Below the pieces are notes generated by a model. It was given only the letters and a program-made list of their open reading frames with translations, had not been told where the DNA came from and searched no databases. Of a DNA stretch of 64,000 bases, positions 13,053 to 22,465 are shown piece after piece; positions within the stretch are counted from its first letter, which is position 1, and each line of letters starts with the position of its first letter. The translations under genes were made by a program, and so were the position numbers. The DNA is from Bdellovibrionales bacterium (GTDB lineage: Bacteria > Bdellovibrionota > Bdellovibrionia > Bdellovibrionales > UBA1609): the NCBI GenBank assembly GCA_027317865.1, contig DAHVQG010000008.1, forward strand, positions 91,451 to 155,450. The letters run 5' to 3'.

Positions 13053-13996
13053 CGCATGGTTTTCCTTAACTTTTCTACAAACTGATTGAGTTCTTCGTCG
13101 GAATAAAACGTAAAAGACAATGTGCGCGTTTTACCCACAGATTGTATAGCAACTTTAGTTCCTATCATTTGTTGAAGCTCTTGCCGCAGTTGTTTAACCG
13201 CCGACAATTCGTCTGAACCCTCAATTTCATTTTGTCCGGAGCCGAGTGCTTTGGATACCATTTTTTCAACAGCGCGAACCGAGAGTCGAAGCTGCACTGC
13301 TTTTTTTGCAAGCTGAGTTTGTAGCCCCGGGTTGGACACAGCCAAAAGAACTTTTGCTTGCCCCAGCTGCAAATCACCGGCCCTTACCAAGGATTTTACG
13401 TCTGGAGCTAGATGAATTAAACGAAGAAGATTGGCCACGGTTGCGCGATCCTTACCCACCTTTTCTGCAATCTGCTGTTGAGTAAGCGCGTATTTTGTGG
13501 CGAGCAGGGAATAAGCCTCCGCCTCTTCAAGCGCATTTAGATCGTGCCTCTGAATATTTTCAATAAGCGCCAACTCAAGGGTTTCTTTGTTTTCAGCCTC
13601 GCGAACAATCACGGGAACTTCTTTTAAGCCCGCCAATTGGGCCGCTCGCCAGCGGCGCTCGCCGGCGATAATTTCATACTCATTAGTGACCGATTTTCTG
13701 GCCACTATTGGTAAGATAATTCCGTTTGATTTAATTGATTGCGCAAGCTCGTCTAACTTTAGTCGGTCAAACTGCTTTCGCGGTTGCCCGACATTCGGTC
13801 GAATTTTTTCAATTGCTATTTTTAAAACACGCTCGCCTTTTTGTTCTATGGCGCTTGATGCCGTGGCCGAGTCGGGCAATATCGCGCCAGGCTCCGAACT
13901 CACATCGTTAATGCCCAACTCACCCAAGAGGCTACCGAGCCCGCGACCCAAACCTTTTTTATTTATTTTCCTGAGCGCTTGAATTTCTTCAGACAT
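13049..13996 (-). CDS. parB: Chromosome partitioning protein ParB
   Basis: LGRGLGSLL ParA-activating motif, GERRWRA CTP-binding patch, ENIQR, HTH. Confidence 0.97.
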   Translation of the reverse strand: MSEEIQALRKINKKGLGRGLGSLLGELGINDVSSEPGAILPDSATASSAIEQKGERVLKIAIEKIRPNVGQPRKQFDRLKLDELAQSIKSNGIILPIVARKSVTNEYEIIAGERRWRAAQLAGLKEVPVIVREAENKETLELALIENIQRHDLNALEEAEAYSLLATKYALTQQQIAEKVGKDRATVANLLRLIHLAPDVKSLVRAGDLQLGQAKVLLAVSNPGLQTQLAKKAVQLRLSVRAVEKMVSKALGSGQNEIEGSDELSAVKQLRQELQQMIGTKVAIQSVGKTRTLSFTFYSDEELNQFVEKLRKTMR

Positions 13997-14816
13997 TGGC
14001 AGATTCCTGTTCTACCGGGAATTCATGACTTTGTGTCACCATCGGCTGAGGATTCACGCGCTGGTCAAGCTCAATGGCAAGCTCCTGGTATTTCTTTGCT
14101 CCAACTGATTTTGGATCATATGTAAATATCGATTGGCCGTGGCTGGGCGCTTCGCTCAACCGAACATTTCGTGGAATTATGGCCGAAAATACTTTTTCGC
14201 CGAAATGGCTTTGAATCTCGCTCACAACTTGGTGGCTGAGATTGTTTCGTGCATCAAACATTGTGAGAACAATGCCTTCAATCTTTAAATCCGGGTTGAG
14301 GTTCTTTTTTATTAGGCCGGCCGTATTCAACAGTTGGCTAAGCCCCTCAAGAGCATAGTATTCGCACTGTAGGGGAACAAGAAAACTGGTCGCCGAACAA
14401 AGAGCATTGACGGTGAGCAGCCCCAAAGACGGCGGACAGTCGATTAAAACGTAGTCAAAAGTATGTTCGACTTCGCGTAGCGCGCCGCGCAACTTGTATT
14501 CGCGGCTTTGCATTTCGACGAGCTCAATTTCCGCTCCGACGAGGTCTGGGTTTGCGGTGGCTATTTTTAGGTTGTTCAATTGCGTATTTTGAATAACTTG
14601 ACTAATCAATTTTTGGTTAATCAAAACATGATAAATGTTGTTCTCATGGTTTTCGTACTTCTTTATGCCTAGGCCGCTTGAGGCATTTCCTTGGGGGTCC
14701 AAATCTACAATTAAAACTTTTCGCCCAATTTGGCTTAGCGCTGCCGCAAGGTTAACCGTTGTTGTTGTTTTGCCAACGCCGCCCTTTTGATTGGCCACGC
14801 AAATTATGTATGCCAT
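13989..14816 (-). CDS. parA: Chromosome partitioning ATPase ParA/Soj
   Basis: NQKGGVGKTTT, DLDPQGNAS, DCPPSLG, LSEAPSHG. Start MAYII at 14816. Confidence 0.97.
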   Translation of the reverse strand: MAYIICVANQKGGVGKTTTTVNLAAALSQIGRKVLIVDLDPQGNASSGLGIKKYENHENNIYHVLINQKLISQVIQNTQLNNLKIATANPDLVGAEIELVEMQSREYKLRGALREVEHTFDYVLIDCPPSLGLLTVNALCSATSFLVPLQCEYYALEGLSQLLNTAGLIKKNLNPDLKIEGIVLTMFDARNNLSHQVVSEIQSHFGEKVFSAIIPRNVRLSEAPSHGQSIFTYDPKSVGAKKYQELAIELDQRVNPQPMVTQSHEFPVEQESANV

Positions 14817-14912
14817 GCCACCCCCACGAAACCTTTGATAATATAATTTAGCCAATAGTCGCGGATTAAAGCAAAGATTTTTTCGCTCATCTTTATGAGA
14901 GTTTCTGACGAT

Positions 14913-14928
14913 TGTTCTACGTGGAACT
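14913..14928. promoter_or_regulatory. parS site (near-perfect)
   Basis: TGTTCTACGTGGAACT, 2 mismatches to TGTTCCACGTGGAACA, upstream of parA. Confidence 0.75.
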
Positions 14929-14932
14929 TTTT

Positions 14933-15379
14933 ATGCGGCGCTTTTTTTGGATTATCATTTTAATCTGCCCAGTTTTGGCTAGTTGCCACAGGCAAAACCC
15001 ATACCCTGAACTCAACGATCCGATTTACGAAGACCTTTTTCACAGCTTGCAAGCCAAAACCCACGATCTTGCAGAAGCAAAAAAGAAACTTGCAGCTATT
15101 AAAAAAGAACTAGTCGCAACGAGACCGCGCACGATCGACCGCGCAAACGACAAGCTCTTATTAAAAAAGGAGCAAGTCATCTACCAAAGACTATTGCAGA
15201 CAGTGGCATATGATAAAATACGGACAAAACGCCGACAGGTCGACGACCGCGTATCTTACAAACTCGCATTCTTACAAGGCAAACCTTGGCCAAACCCAAA
15301 GGAATATCAGCGCTATCTGCTTAGCAAAAAAATGTCCCATTCCGTCCACAACTGGGACCACCCAAACAATAAACAATAA
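14933..15379 (+). CDS. Hypothetical lipoprotein, basic and coiled-coil
   Basis: MRRFFWIIILICPVLASC signal with lipobox LASC. Confidence 0.75.
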   Translation: MRRFFWIIILICPVLASCHRQNPYPELNDPIYEDLFHSLQAKTHDLAEAKKKLAAIKKELVATRPRTIDRANDKLLLKKEQVIYQRLLQTVAYDKIRTKRRQVDDRVSYKLAFLQGKPWPNPKEYQRYLLSKKMSHSVHNWDHPNNKQ

Positions 15380-15399
15380 TTTCTTAAAAATCTTTTGCC

Positions 15400-15415
15400 T
15401 GTTCCACGTGGAACA
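15400..15415. promoter_or_regulatory. parS site (perfect palindrome)
   Basis: TGTTCCACGTGGAACA in the intergenic gap near parAB. Confidence 0.93.
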
Positions 15416-15478
15416 CCGATAACGATGTCAAATTATCCAAATGCAGGCGAATTGAATAATCAAACTGTTCACGCATAC

Positions 15479-16174
15479 TCATTTCCGAACTGTCAAAATA
15501 ACAGATAGCTTAGCCCCGCCCTTAGGAAGCTCGTAATCGCCCAAAAATTTCGGTTCCCACGAGGCCAGAACCTGTGCTGGCAACTGACCCACCTCGCGAG
15601 CCCACGTTTCGCCCTTCATATGATAAAATTCACAACCCTTGCCCGCAACTTTTCTGAGCATAAGCAACGCTCGGCCAATAGGCGCAAATCCGCGGCAAAC
15701 GCCACAATGCATTATGCCCTCGCCCAACTCTTCAGCCCGAGCATGCGTTGCAAAACAATTCTTTAAACCCAACTTATTTATACAGTGCTTTATAAATTCG
15801 ATTTTTCGCGTATCTGAGTCCACCAGCCGAAATGTCCGCTCCGGAGCCAAAATAGCCATAATCAGACCAGGAACTCCGTTGCCAGACCCAATGTCGTGAA
15901 TCTCACCATGCTTCGAGTGCCCTAAAATCAATTTAGCCGCCAAAATGCCGTCTGCAACATGAATTAAATCCCCATCTTCTTCCGTACGCGGCGAAACCAA
16001 ATTCATTTTCTTATTAAAAAAAATAAGCTCGGAATAATAAGCCCGCAAACTATCCAAAATTTGTATACTAAGGTCAGAAAACCATTCCGGTACACGCCAA
16101 GGCAGCTCGACTCCATCCTTAATGTCTGTCATGGCCGCCACAACCTCCGGCACCGTTTGATTCATTTTGCTCAT
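15479..16174 (-). CDS. rsmG: 16S rRNA m7G527 methyltransferase RsmG (GidB)
   Basis: NKKMNLVS, DIGSGNGVPG, RKIEF; follows mnmG. Confidence 0.92.
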   Translation of the reverse strand: MSKMNQTVPEVVAAMTDIKDGVELPWRVPEWFSDLSIQILDSLRAYYSELIFFNKKMNLVSPRTEEDGDLIHVADGILAAKLILGHSKHGEIHDIGSGNGVPGLIMAILAPERTFRLVDSDTRKIEFIKHCINKLGLKNCFATHARAEELGEGIMHCGVCRGFAPIGRALLMLRKVAGKGCEFYHMKGETWAREVGQLPAQVLASWEPKFLGDYELPKGGAKLSVILTVRK

Positions 16175-18032
16175 GCGCTTTTAGATGAATCATAATAGCC
16201 TGAATCCCACTAGGATTCACCCCGCTTATTCGGTTTGCTTGACCTAAATTTCGAGGACCAACTCTTTTTAGCTTTTCTCGCTCTTCACGAGATAAACCAT
16301 GCACTCGCTCAAAATCAATGCTTTCTGGAATTACTACATTTTCAAGACGGCGCCACTGTTCAATAAGCTCTCGTTGTCGCCTTATATAACCATCGTACTT
16401 AACTTCTATTTCTACTGGCTCAAGTACACGATCAAAGTCGTATTCGCCCTGAAACCCAAACTCTCTAAGTTTAAAACAAGAAAACTCCTCGCGCTTAAGT
16501 AAATCACTTAATCTTAAAGGCTTTTGCAAAACAGGCGAATTCAAATTACGAAGCTTCGACTGTGTTTCGTCACTTGGCACGACCCATTCTGAATCTAGCG
16601 CTTCGCGAACTTCTTGGCGCTCACACAGTATCTTGTCGTACATCGAGCAAACGTCATCGGACGCTAACCTAGCATCCTTTGCCATCCTCGATAACCTTTC
16701 AAGAACATTATCTTCTCTCAATACAAGGCGATACTCCGCGCGCGAAGTCATCATTCTGTAAGGTTCTTGCGTCCCCTTCGTAACAAGATCATCGATCAAG
16801 ACACCAATGTAGGCTTCGTCGCGTCTTAATATAATGGGCTCACGCTCTAAACATGACAGCGCTGCATTTATTCCCGCCATCAACCCTTGCGCTGCGGCTT
16901 CTTCGTAACCGCTTGTACCATTAATTTGGCCCGCTAAAAATAATCCCGAAATTGCCTTTGTTTCAAGCGTCGACGTCAGTTGCGTTGGACTAAAAAAATC
17001 ATATTCCACTGCATAACCCGGCCGAACCAATTTCACTTCTTCTAAACCCGGCATAGTTTTTAAAAACTCATATTGAACCGACTCGGGCAGGCTCGTCGAC
17101 ATTCCCTGAATATAGATTAAATCCGACTCGAGCCCCTCAGGCTCAAGAAAACTTTGGTGGCTCAGCTTGTCTGCAAAACGCGTCACTTTATCTTCAATAC
17201 TCGGGCAATATCTAGGACCAACTCCTTGAATAATTCCACAAAACATAGGGGATTGATCGAGATTGCGCCGAATAATCTCGTGCGTCTTCTCATTAGTCGT
17301 CGTAAGAAAACAGGCCACTTGCGGCAATGAAAGCCTATTTGGACTTCGTAAACTAAATGGGATGAACCGCTTGTCGCCCCATTGCTGCTTAGTTTTTTCA
17401 AAATTAATACTCGATTTGAGTGCGCGCGCCGGCGTTCCCGTTTTGAGCCGCCCAACCTGAAAACCAAAAGCGGAAAGTTGCTCGGAGATACCCATCGTTG
17501 CTTGATCTCCAACCCGGCCACCCGGAATTTGCTTCAGTCCAAAATGCATGATGGCATTCATAAATGTTCCGGCGCACAATATAACCTTACGCGAGCGAAC
17601 ACGTACGCCTTCAATAGTCACAACTCCGCAACATTTGCTGCCCTCAAGGATGAGTTCTCGTGCCTCTCCTTCACGCACGACCAAATTTTCTGCGGAGCGA
17701 ACACGCTCACTCATATATTTGCAATATAAATCCTTATCACACTGAGCGCGGGAGCCTCGCACGGCCGGACCTCGGCTCGCGTTGAGCCGCTTAAACTGTA
17801 AGCAAGTTTTGTCCGCAGCAACCGACATTTCCCCGCCCAAAATGTCGATCTCCTTAACCATGTGTCCTTTAGCGAGACCGCCAATTGAGGGGTTACAACT
17901 CATGTAACCAATGCGACTGATATTATTTGTTAAAAGAAGCGCCTTAAGTCCAAGGCGACTTGCCGCCAAACTCGCTTCTATCCCGGCGTGTCCGCCTCCG
18001 ACTACTATGATATCAAAATCGCAATTATTCAT
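16119..18032 (-). CDS. mnmG: tRNA modification enzyme MnmG (GidA)
   Basis: GGGHAGIEA, MSCNPSIGG, GPRYCPSIEDK, GQINGTSGYEEAAAQG. Confidence 0.98.
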   Translation of the reverse strand: MNNCDFDIIVVGGGHAGIEASLAASRLGLKALLLTNNISRIGYMSCNPSIGGLAKGHMVKEIDILGGEMSVAADKTCLQFKRLNASRGPAVRGSRAQCDKDLYCKYMSERVRSAENLVVREGEARELILEGSKCCGVVTIEGVRVRSRKVILCAGTFMNAIMHFGLKQIPGGRVGDQATMGISEQLSAFGFQVGRLKTGTPARALKSSINFEKTKQQWGDKRFIPFSLRSPNRLSLPQVACFLTTTNEKTHEIIRRNLDQSPMFCGIIQGVGPRYCPSIEDKVTRFADKLSHQSFLEPEGLESDLIYIQGMSTSLPESVQYEFLKTMPGLEEVKLVRPGYAVEYDFFSPTQLTSTLETKAISGLFLAGQINGTSGYEEAAAQGLMAGINAALSCLEREPIILRRDEAYIGVLIDDLVTKGTQEPYRMMTSRAEYRLVLREDNVLERLSRMAKDARLASDDVCSMYDKILCERQEVREALDSEWVVPSDETQSKLRNLNSPVLQKPLRLSDLLKREEFSCFKLREFGFQGEYDFDRVLEPVEIEVKYDGYIRRQRELIEQWRRLENVVIPESIDFERVHGLSREEREKLKRVGPRNLGQANRISGVNPSGIQAIMIHLKAHEQNESNGAGGCGGHDRH

Positions 18033-18035
18033 AAT

Positions 18036-19406
18036 TTATTTGCCAATGCAAAAATCATGAAAAACGCGATCAGTCACTTCATTGTTCAACTGTGCTCCTC
18101 GCAATTTCATAATCTCTTGCAAACAACTCTGCAAATCAGCCGCAACAAACTCCGGACTCCGATTCCGTTCCACGGCCATTTTGCTAGCTTCCAAAAATTT
18201 GACGGCCGAACTGAGCGCCTCAAATTGTCGCGTGTTATGAATCAACGCTCCGTCATCTAATATTGAAAGATCCGTTTTTTCTAAAATTTTCTCCATTAAC
18301 TTCTCTAACCCCGCGCCGTTTGCTGCGCTCACAAGTAGGTCAACCGATAGTTTTGGCTCTTCGCCAGGCTCTAGAAGGTCGCACTTGTTCCCAACTGTAA
18401 TAATAGTTGAAACCGTTGCGTCTTGAATCGCTAAATCAACCATCGCCATTTCATCAGCATCCGTTGCTTTTACATCTATCACACGGATTGCGACATCCGC
18501 GGATTCAATTGCCTTGAGTGCTCGACTGATACCGAGATCTTCAACTTCATCATCTGTAATTCGAACTCCAGCGCAATCCACAAATCGAATAAGTTGCCCG
18601 TAAACCTGCTTTTCAAAATCAACCCAATCCCTTGTTGTGCCGGGGCGCTCTGAAACAATAGAGCGCTCTTCGCCGGCAAGTTTATTAAATAAACTCGATT
18701 TGCCCACATTTGGTGGCCCCACAATAACAACGTTGAGTCCTTCTTTTATCATTCGTCCAAAATGAAAACTCTGTACAAGTCGTTTAAGTTCAGTTTCAAC
18801 GTCTGCAAGACGATTTAAAATCTTATCGTAGGGTGTAAAAATTATGTCTTCGCTTGAAAAATCAATATTCGCTTCGAGCTGCGCTAGTGCCCAAACAAGG
18901 TCATCTTCAACTGCGAGTAGTTGATTAGAGAGCTCTCCGCGCAATGATCGTAAAGCCATTTTAGCAGCTCTCGGGCTTTGGCTCTCAATTAAATCAAGTA
19001 CGCTCTCGGCTTGTACCAGATCAATTCGTCCGTTCATTACTGCGCGATAAGTAAATTCACCGCGCTCGGCAAGGCGCGCCCCTGAGCGCACCAAAGCATG
19101 TAGAATTTGGCCGACAATATGGGGGTTGCCGTGACACGAAATCTCAAAGCTTGGTTCTCGCGTATAAGATCGGCCTTTTGCAAAATACGTGACCATAACC
19201 TCGTCGATCACTTCACCGTCGAAAGGATTACGCAAAAAGGTGTAATACGCTCGATGGTCACACAAGTCCTTTGTTAAATCAGGCGCAATCGCCCGCATGA
19301 CAAAATCGGCGTTTTCACCACTTACGCGAATTATAGCTAAAGCCGACACCCCTTGCGCCGTTGCGAGCGCGCAAATTGTGTCACGATCATGCTCAGGATG
19401 AAACAT
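18036..19406 (-). CDS. mnmE: tRNA modification GTPase MnmE (TrmE)
   Basis: GPPNVGKSS, GTTRD, NKCD and C-terminal FCIGK. Confidence 0.97.
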   Translation of the reverse strand: MFHPEHDRDTICALATAQGVSALAIIRVSGENADFVMRAIAPDLTKDLCDHRAYYTFLRNPFDGEVIDEVMVTYFAKGRSYTREPSFEISCHGNPHIVGQILHALVRSGARLAERGEFTYRAVMNGRIDLVQAESVLDLIESQSPRAAKMALRSLRGELSNQLLAVEDDLVWALAQLEANIDFSSEDIIFTPYDKILNRLADVETELKRLVQSFHFGRMIKEGLNVVIVGPPNVGKSSLFNKLAGEERSIVSERPGTTRDWVDFEKQVYGQLIRFVDCAGVRITDDEVEDLGISRALKAIESADVAIRVIDVKATDADEMAMVDLAIQDATVSTIITVGNKCDLLEPGEEPKLSVDLLVSAANGAGLEKLMEKILEKTDLSILDDGALIHNTRQFEALSSAVKFLEASKMAVERNRSPEFVAADLQSCLQEIMKLRGAQLNNEVTDRVFHDFCIGK

Positions 19407-19409
19407 ACA

Positions 19410-19967
19410 TCATTGTGGAGAGCGCTCCACGGACGACTCGCGGTCCAATGTGTCTTCAGATCTTACTGCATAAATTTTTATTTTTTTAAAAAACCCCTCT
19501 CCAACTGACCGGCTACGCACTCGCCCGTCTTCAGCTAGATACTGGTGTATGACTTTTCGATCTCGAGGCGGCAACGCTCGGAAATAAACTGGTTTACCTT
19601 TCTCAAGCGCTACATTTTTAAGTTTTTCAGCCAGATCCGTAAGCTCTTGGTTTGCTTGATCGCGAAAGCCCGCATTATCAACCCGGATCGACACATGAGA
19701 CTCCGGAAGTCGGTGCTGTACAACTCGAGTTAAAAATAGCTGAATCGCATCAAGTAGCTGCCCCTCGCGAGCCCGAAAAATTTCTTCGTCTGCGCCGTGA
19801 ATTTCAACATTTATATTGTCTTCTCCCTCCGCAACAACGTCATAATCAAACGCCAGCGTTGACGTCGCCTTAAGACCTTCAAGACAATCCTCAATAACTG
19901 ATTTCGTATCGTTCGGCTTTTCGTCACTTGAGTTTTTACCGAATAATTTACCAAAAAATCCCGACAT
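19410..19967 (-). CDS. jag: Jag/KhpB (EloR)-family RNA-binding protein with KH and R3H domains
   Basis: GQLLDAIQ KH segment, RKVIH R3H motif; conserved position between yidC and mnmE. Confidence 0.85.
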   Translation of the reverse strand: MSGFFGKLFGKNSSDEKPNDTKSVIEDCLEGLKATSTLAFDYDVVAEGEDNINVEIHGADEEIFRAREGQLLDAIQLFLTRVVQHRLPESHVSIRVDNAGFRDQANQELTDLAEKLKNVALEKGKPVYFRALPPRDRKVIHQYLAEDGRVRSRSVGEGFFKKIKIYAVRSEDTLDRESSVERSPQ

Positions 19968-19981
19968 ATAACTCCTCCTTT

Positions 19982-21607
19982 TTAGGCGTGGGCAACTGAT
20001 AATTGTTTCTTTTCTCTCATAAATAAATACTGTTGTAGAAATCCAAATAGCGAACTTACAAAAATATAAAGCGTCAAGCCGCTAGGCAATGATACGGTCA
20101 TGGCCATAAAAATAAAGGGCATAAATTGCAGGATTTTCTGTTGCGAGGGATCCATGGTGCTCGGTGTAATTTTCTGCTGAGCCCACATGGCGACTCCCAT
20201 TAGAATCGGCAAAACATAAAATGGGTCTTTTGCACTTAAATCGTGAATCCAAAATATGAACGGCGCTTTATAGAGTTCAATGCTCTGGCCCAGTACTTCG
20301 TAAAGGGCAAAAAATATTGGGATTTGCAAAAACATCGGCAAACAGCCGCCAACAGGATTGGCATGATTTTCGCGCATCAATTTCATCATTTCTTGATTCA
20401 TTGTCTTTGCATCATCTTTGTATCGCTCACGCAAAGCTTTGATTTGCGGTTGAATCCGCGCCATCGCCTTCATTTGCTTATAACTTAAAATGCTAAATGG
20501 CGCGGCAATCAACCGAACAAGAAGAGTCAAAACTATAATAACCCAGCCCCAATTGCCGACTACGCCGTGAATCATCATCATGAGCCAGAAAAGCCATTTT
20601 GCGATCATCGTAAAAAATCCAAAATTAATAAGGCCCGTCATTTCCGGCGCAATGCTTTTTAACAGATTATATCTCTTGGGTCCGGCAAAACCTGTAAACG
20701 AAACATTAAATTGAGAATTTTGGTTGAGCCTCTCGTAGCGCAAGGTTGCCACAGCCTTGGGTTCGTTTTCACTGCCGTCTTTTTTCGGATCGGTCCAAAA
20801 TTGCAAACTTGGCCTTACCGGCGATTGATCGAGAACTGCAACCGCAAAATATTGCGATCCGTATCCCGTCACTAATGCCTCATTGTAGCTCGAATTCAAA
20901 TATTTATCTGGTTTAACTATGGTGCGGCTGATCTTATCGGAATGGTTAACGAATAATTCTTCGTGATCAAACCGCCCGGCAAAAAACCCTGAAACGGCAG
21001 GCGGTATTTTATCTGCAATTTGAGTAAATAACCCTTTAAATGACGGGTCGATGTTAGTGACTTGAATGTTCGTTTTAAAAGTATACCGATTCGAGTTAAC
21101 TACTATTTGCTTTCTTATACTCATTGCGCCGACTTGCGCATTACCAACAAAAGTATTGGGGCCATCTTGGTGAATATCAAATGTAAGTGGTTTGCCTTGG
21201 CCGATAAGGCCCGTGCTAAACAGGGCAAGCTTATGCCCGTGTGCAAATCGAATCTGTTTATTTTGTCGGTTTGAATATTTATTTAACCGGATGTCGCGAA
21301 TCGCCATGCCCTTTGACGATAAAACAAAGCTCCATGTCGCATTTGCATACTTGAGCGTTTTCTCCGGTACTACGACTGCGCCTTTTACCGTTTTGGTGTT
21401 TGTCGCTGCCCGTTCTTTGCTTTGTCCTGCTGTTTGCTTAGGCTCTGCCGCTTGATTTGACTCTTTAACTATAGGGCCTTTTGATTTTGGCGCTGGATAT
21501 TTTTTTGCCAAATATGACTGCCACCCCATCCACACAAAGCCGATGAGAATGACGGTTAGAATAAAGCGGCTATCGAAAGCTGGTCCTTGTTGATTAGAAT
21601 CAGACAT
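19982..21607 (-). CDS. yidC: Membrane protein insertase YidC
   Basis: GNWGWVII, NPVGGCLP..LQIPIFFALY, WIHDLS..DP, LPSGLTLY. Start MSDSN at 21607 with AAGGAG. Confidence 0.97.
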   Translation of the reverse strand: MSDSNQQGPAFDSRFILTVILIGFVWMGWQSYLAKKYPAPKSKGPIVKESNQAAEPKQTAGQSKERAATNTKTVKGAVVVPEKTLKYANATWSFVLSSKGMAIRDIRLNKYSNRQNKQIRFAHGHKLALFSTGLIGQGKPLTFDIHQDGPNTFVGNAQVGAMSIRKQIVVNSNRYTFKTNIQVTNIDPSFKGLFTQIADKIPPAVSGFFAGRFDHEELFVNHSDKISRTIVKPDKYLNSSYNEALVTGYGSQYFAVAVLDQSPVRPSLQFWTDPKKDGSENEPKAVATLRYERLNQNSQFNVSFTGFAGPKRYNLLKSIAPEMTGLINFGFFTMIAKWLFWLMMMIHGVVGNWGWVIIVLTLLVRLIAAPFSILSYKQMKAMARIQPQIKALRERYKDDAKTMNQEMMKLMRENHANPVGGCLPMFLQIPIFFALYEVLGQSIELYKAPFIFWIHDLSAKDPFYVLPILMGVAMWAQQKITPSTMDPSQQKILQFMPFIFMAMTVSLPSGLTLYIFVSSLFGFLQQYLFMREKKQLSVAHA

Positions 21608-21866
21608 CTGAGCTCCTTGGAGGAATTGGGTCATAGCCGCAGCGACCCATTGGATGGCAAGATAAAAGGCGCCGGATCGAGTGCAAGCAGGCACGGTGAA
21701 ACGGCAATGTTTTAAAGCATTCTATAGTATAACTAGAACACGACGGATAAAATCGACAGTTCCCGCCAAGAAACGGGCTCAGCATAACTTGATAAAGCCG
21801 TACAAGTAAAATCGCGACAATACTAGGTGCGGCGATTACCCATGACTTCAAGCTTGTTAATTGCAT
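21600..21866 (-). CDS. yidD: Membrane protein insertion efficiency factor YidD
   Basis: YQVMLSP, CRFYPSCSSY, RLLSCHP, GYDPIP. Start uncertain. Confidence 0.9.
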   Translation of the reverse strand: MQLTSLKSWVIAAPSIVAILLVRLYQVMLSPFLGGNCRFYPSCSSYTIECFKTLPFHRACLHSIRRLLSCHPMGRCGYDPIPPRSSDV

Positions 21867-22197
21867 TTCTGATAGACGCGTTGAACCCTTCATAATTTAG
21901 GCCTTTATAAAATAACGGACCGCGATTGAGAAAAATAAAATTAACATCAACACAAATATTTTGGTGCTGAGGTAATGCAGACCGCAAACTTTCACGAATC
22001 CACCTCTTTAAACGGTTCCGCATGACCGCATTGCCAACGTAACGAGGGACAGTCCATCCCACACGGATTTGGCCCGCGCTCTTTTTAACGAATGCTAAAA
22101 TTAGCCAATCGCTAATCTTAAAAGATCGACCAACCCGCTGAATACGCTGAAAATCTTGACGGCCGCCCAGACGCAGCCGAGAAAAATTATTTTCCAC
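21823..22197 (-). CDS. rnpA: Ribonuclease P protein component
   Basis: [23 protein letters not shown] (RNR motif). GTG start at 22197 overlaps the rpmH end. Confidence 0.9.
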   Translation of the reverse strand: MENNFSRLRLGGRQDFQRIQRVGRSFKISDWLILAFVKKSAGQIRVGWTVPRYVGNAVMRNRLKRWIRESLRSALPQHQNICVDVNFIFLNRGPLFYKGLNYEGFNASIRNAINKLEVMGNRRT

Positions 22198-22339
22198 CGA
22201 TTGTGACGACGAGACGTTTTCTGCCCTTTTTTCGTCTTCGGGCAATGACTTTTCGGCCGTTTTTTGTGGCCATTCTTGTTCTAAAACCATGAACACGTTT
22301 ACGGCGGATTCGGCTGGGCTGGTATGTTCGTTTCGCCAT
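22187..22339 (-). CDS. rpmH: 50S ribosomal protein L34
   Basis: Hand-translated (absent from the ORF track): [50 protein letters not shown], with GGGAG RBS. Confidence 0.97.
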   Translation of the reverse strand: MAKRTYQPSRIRRKRVHGFRTRMATKNGRKVIARRRKKGRKRLVVTIGGK

Positions 22340-22406
22340 TTATGACTCCCAAAATGAAATTTTTGTGAAAGCATAGAACCACAGGGGATTGTGACCCGTC
22401 AAGACA

Positions 22407-22435
22407 TTGAATAATGATAACGGGCATGTTATTAA
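22407..22435 (+). promoter_or_regulatory. Candidate sigma70 promoter of dnaA
   Basis: TTGAAT-N17-TATTAA with TG before the -10 element. Confidence 0.35.
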
Positions 22436-22465
22436 GGCCACCGTTTTACAATTGTTGGGGGGGCC

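Noticed and set aside
14912..14932. TTG start giving MFYVELF... on the lipoprotein ORF
   Set aside because: It is simply the parS palindrome read in frame; the signal peptide begins at ATG 14933.
22198..22374. N-terminal extension of the 183-aa ORF 21823..22374
   Set aside because: It overlaps rpmH in another frame; RnpA similarity starts at the GTG at 22197.
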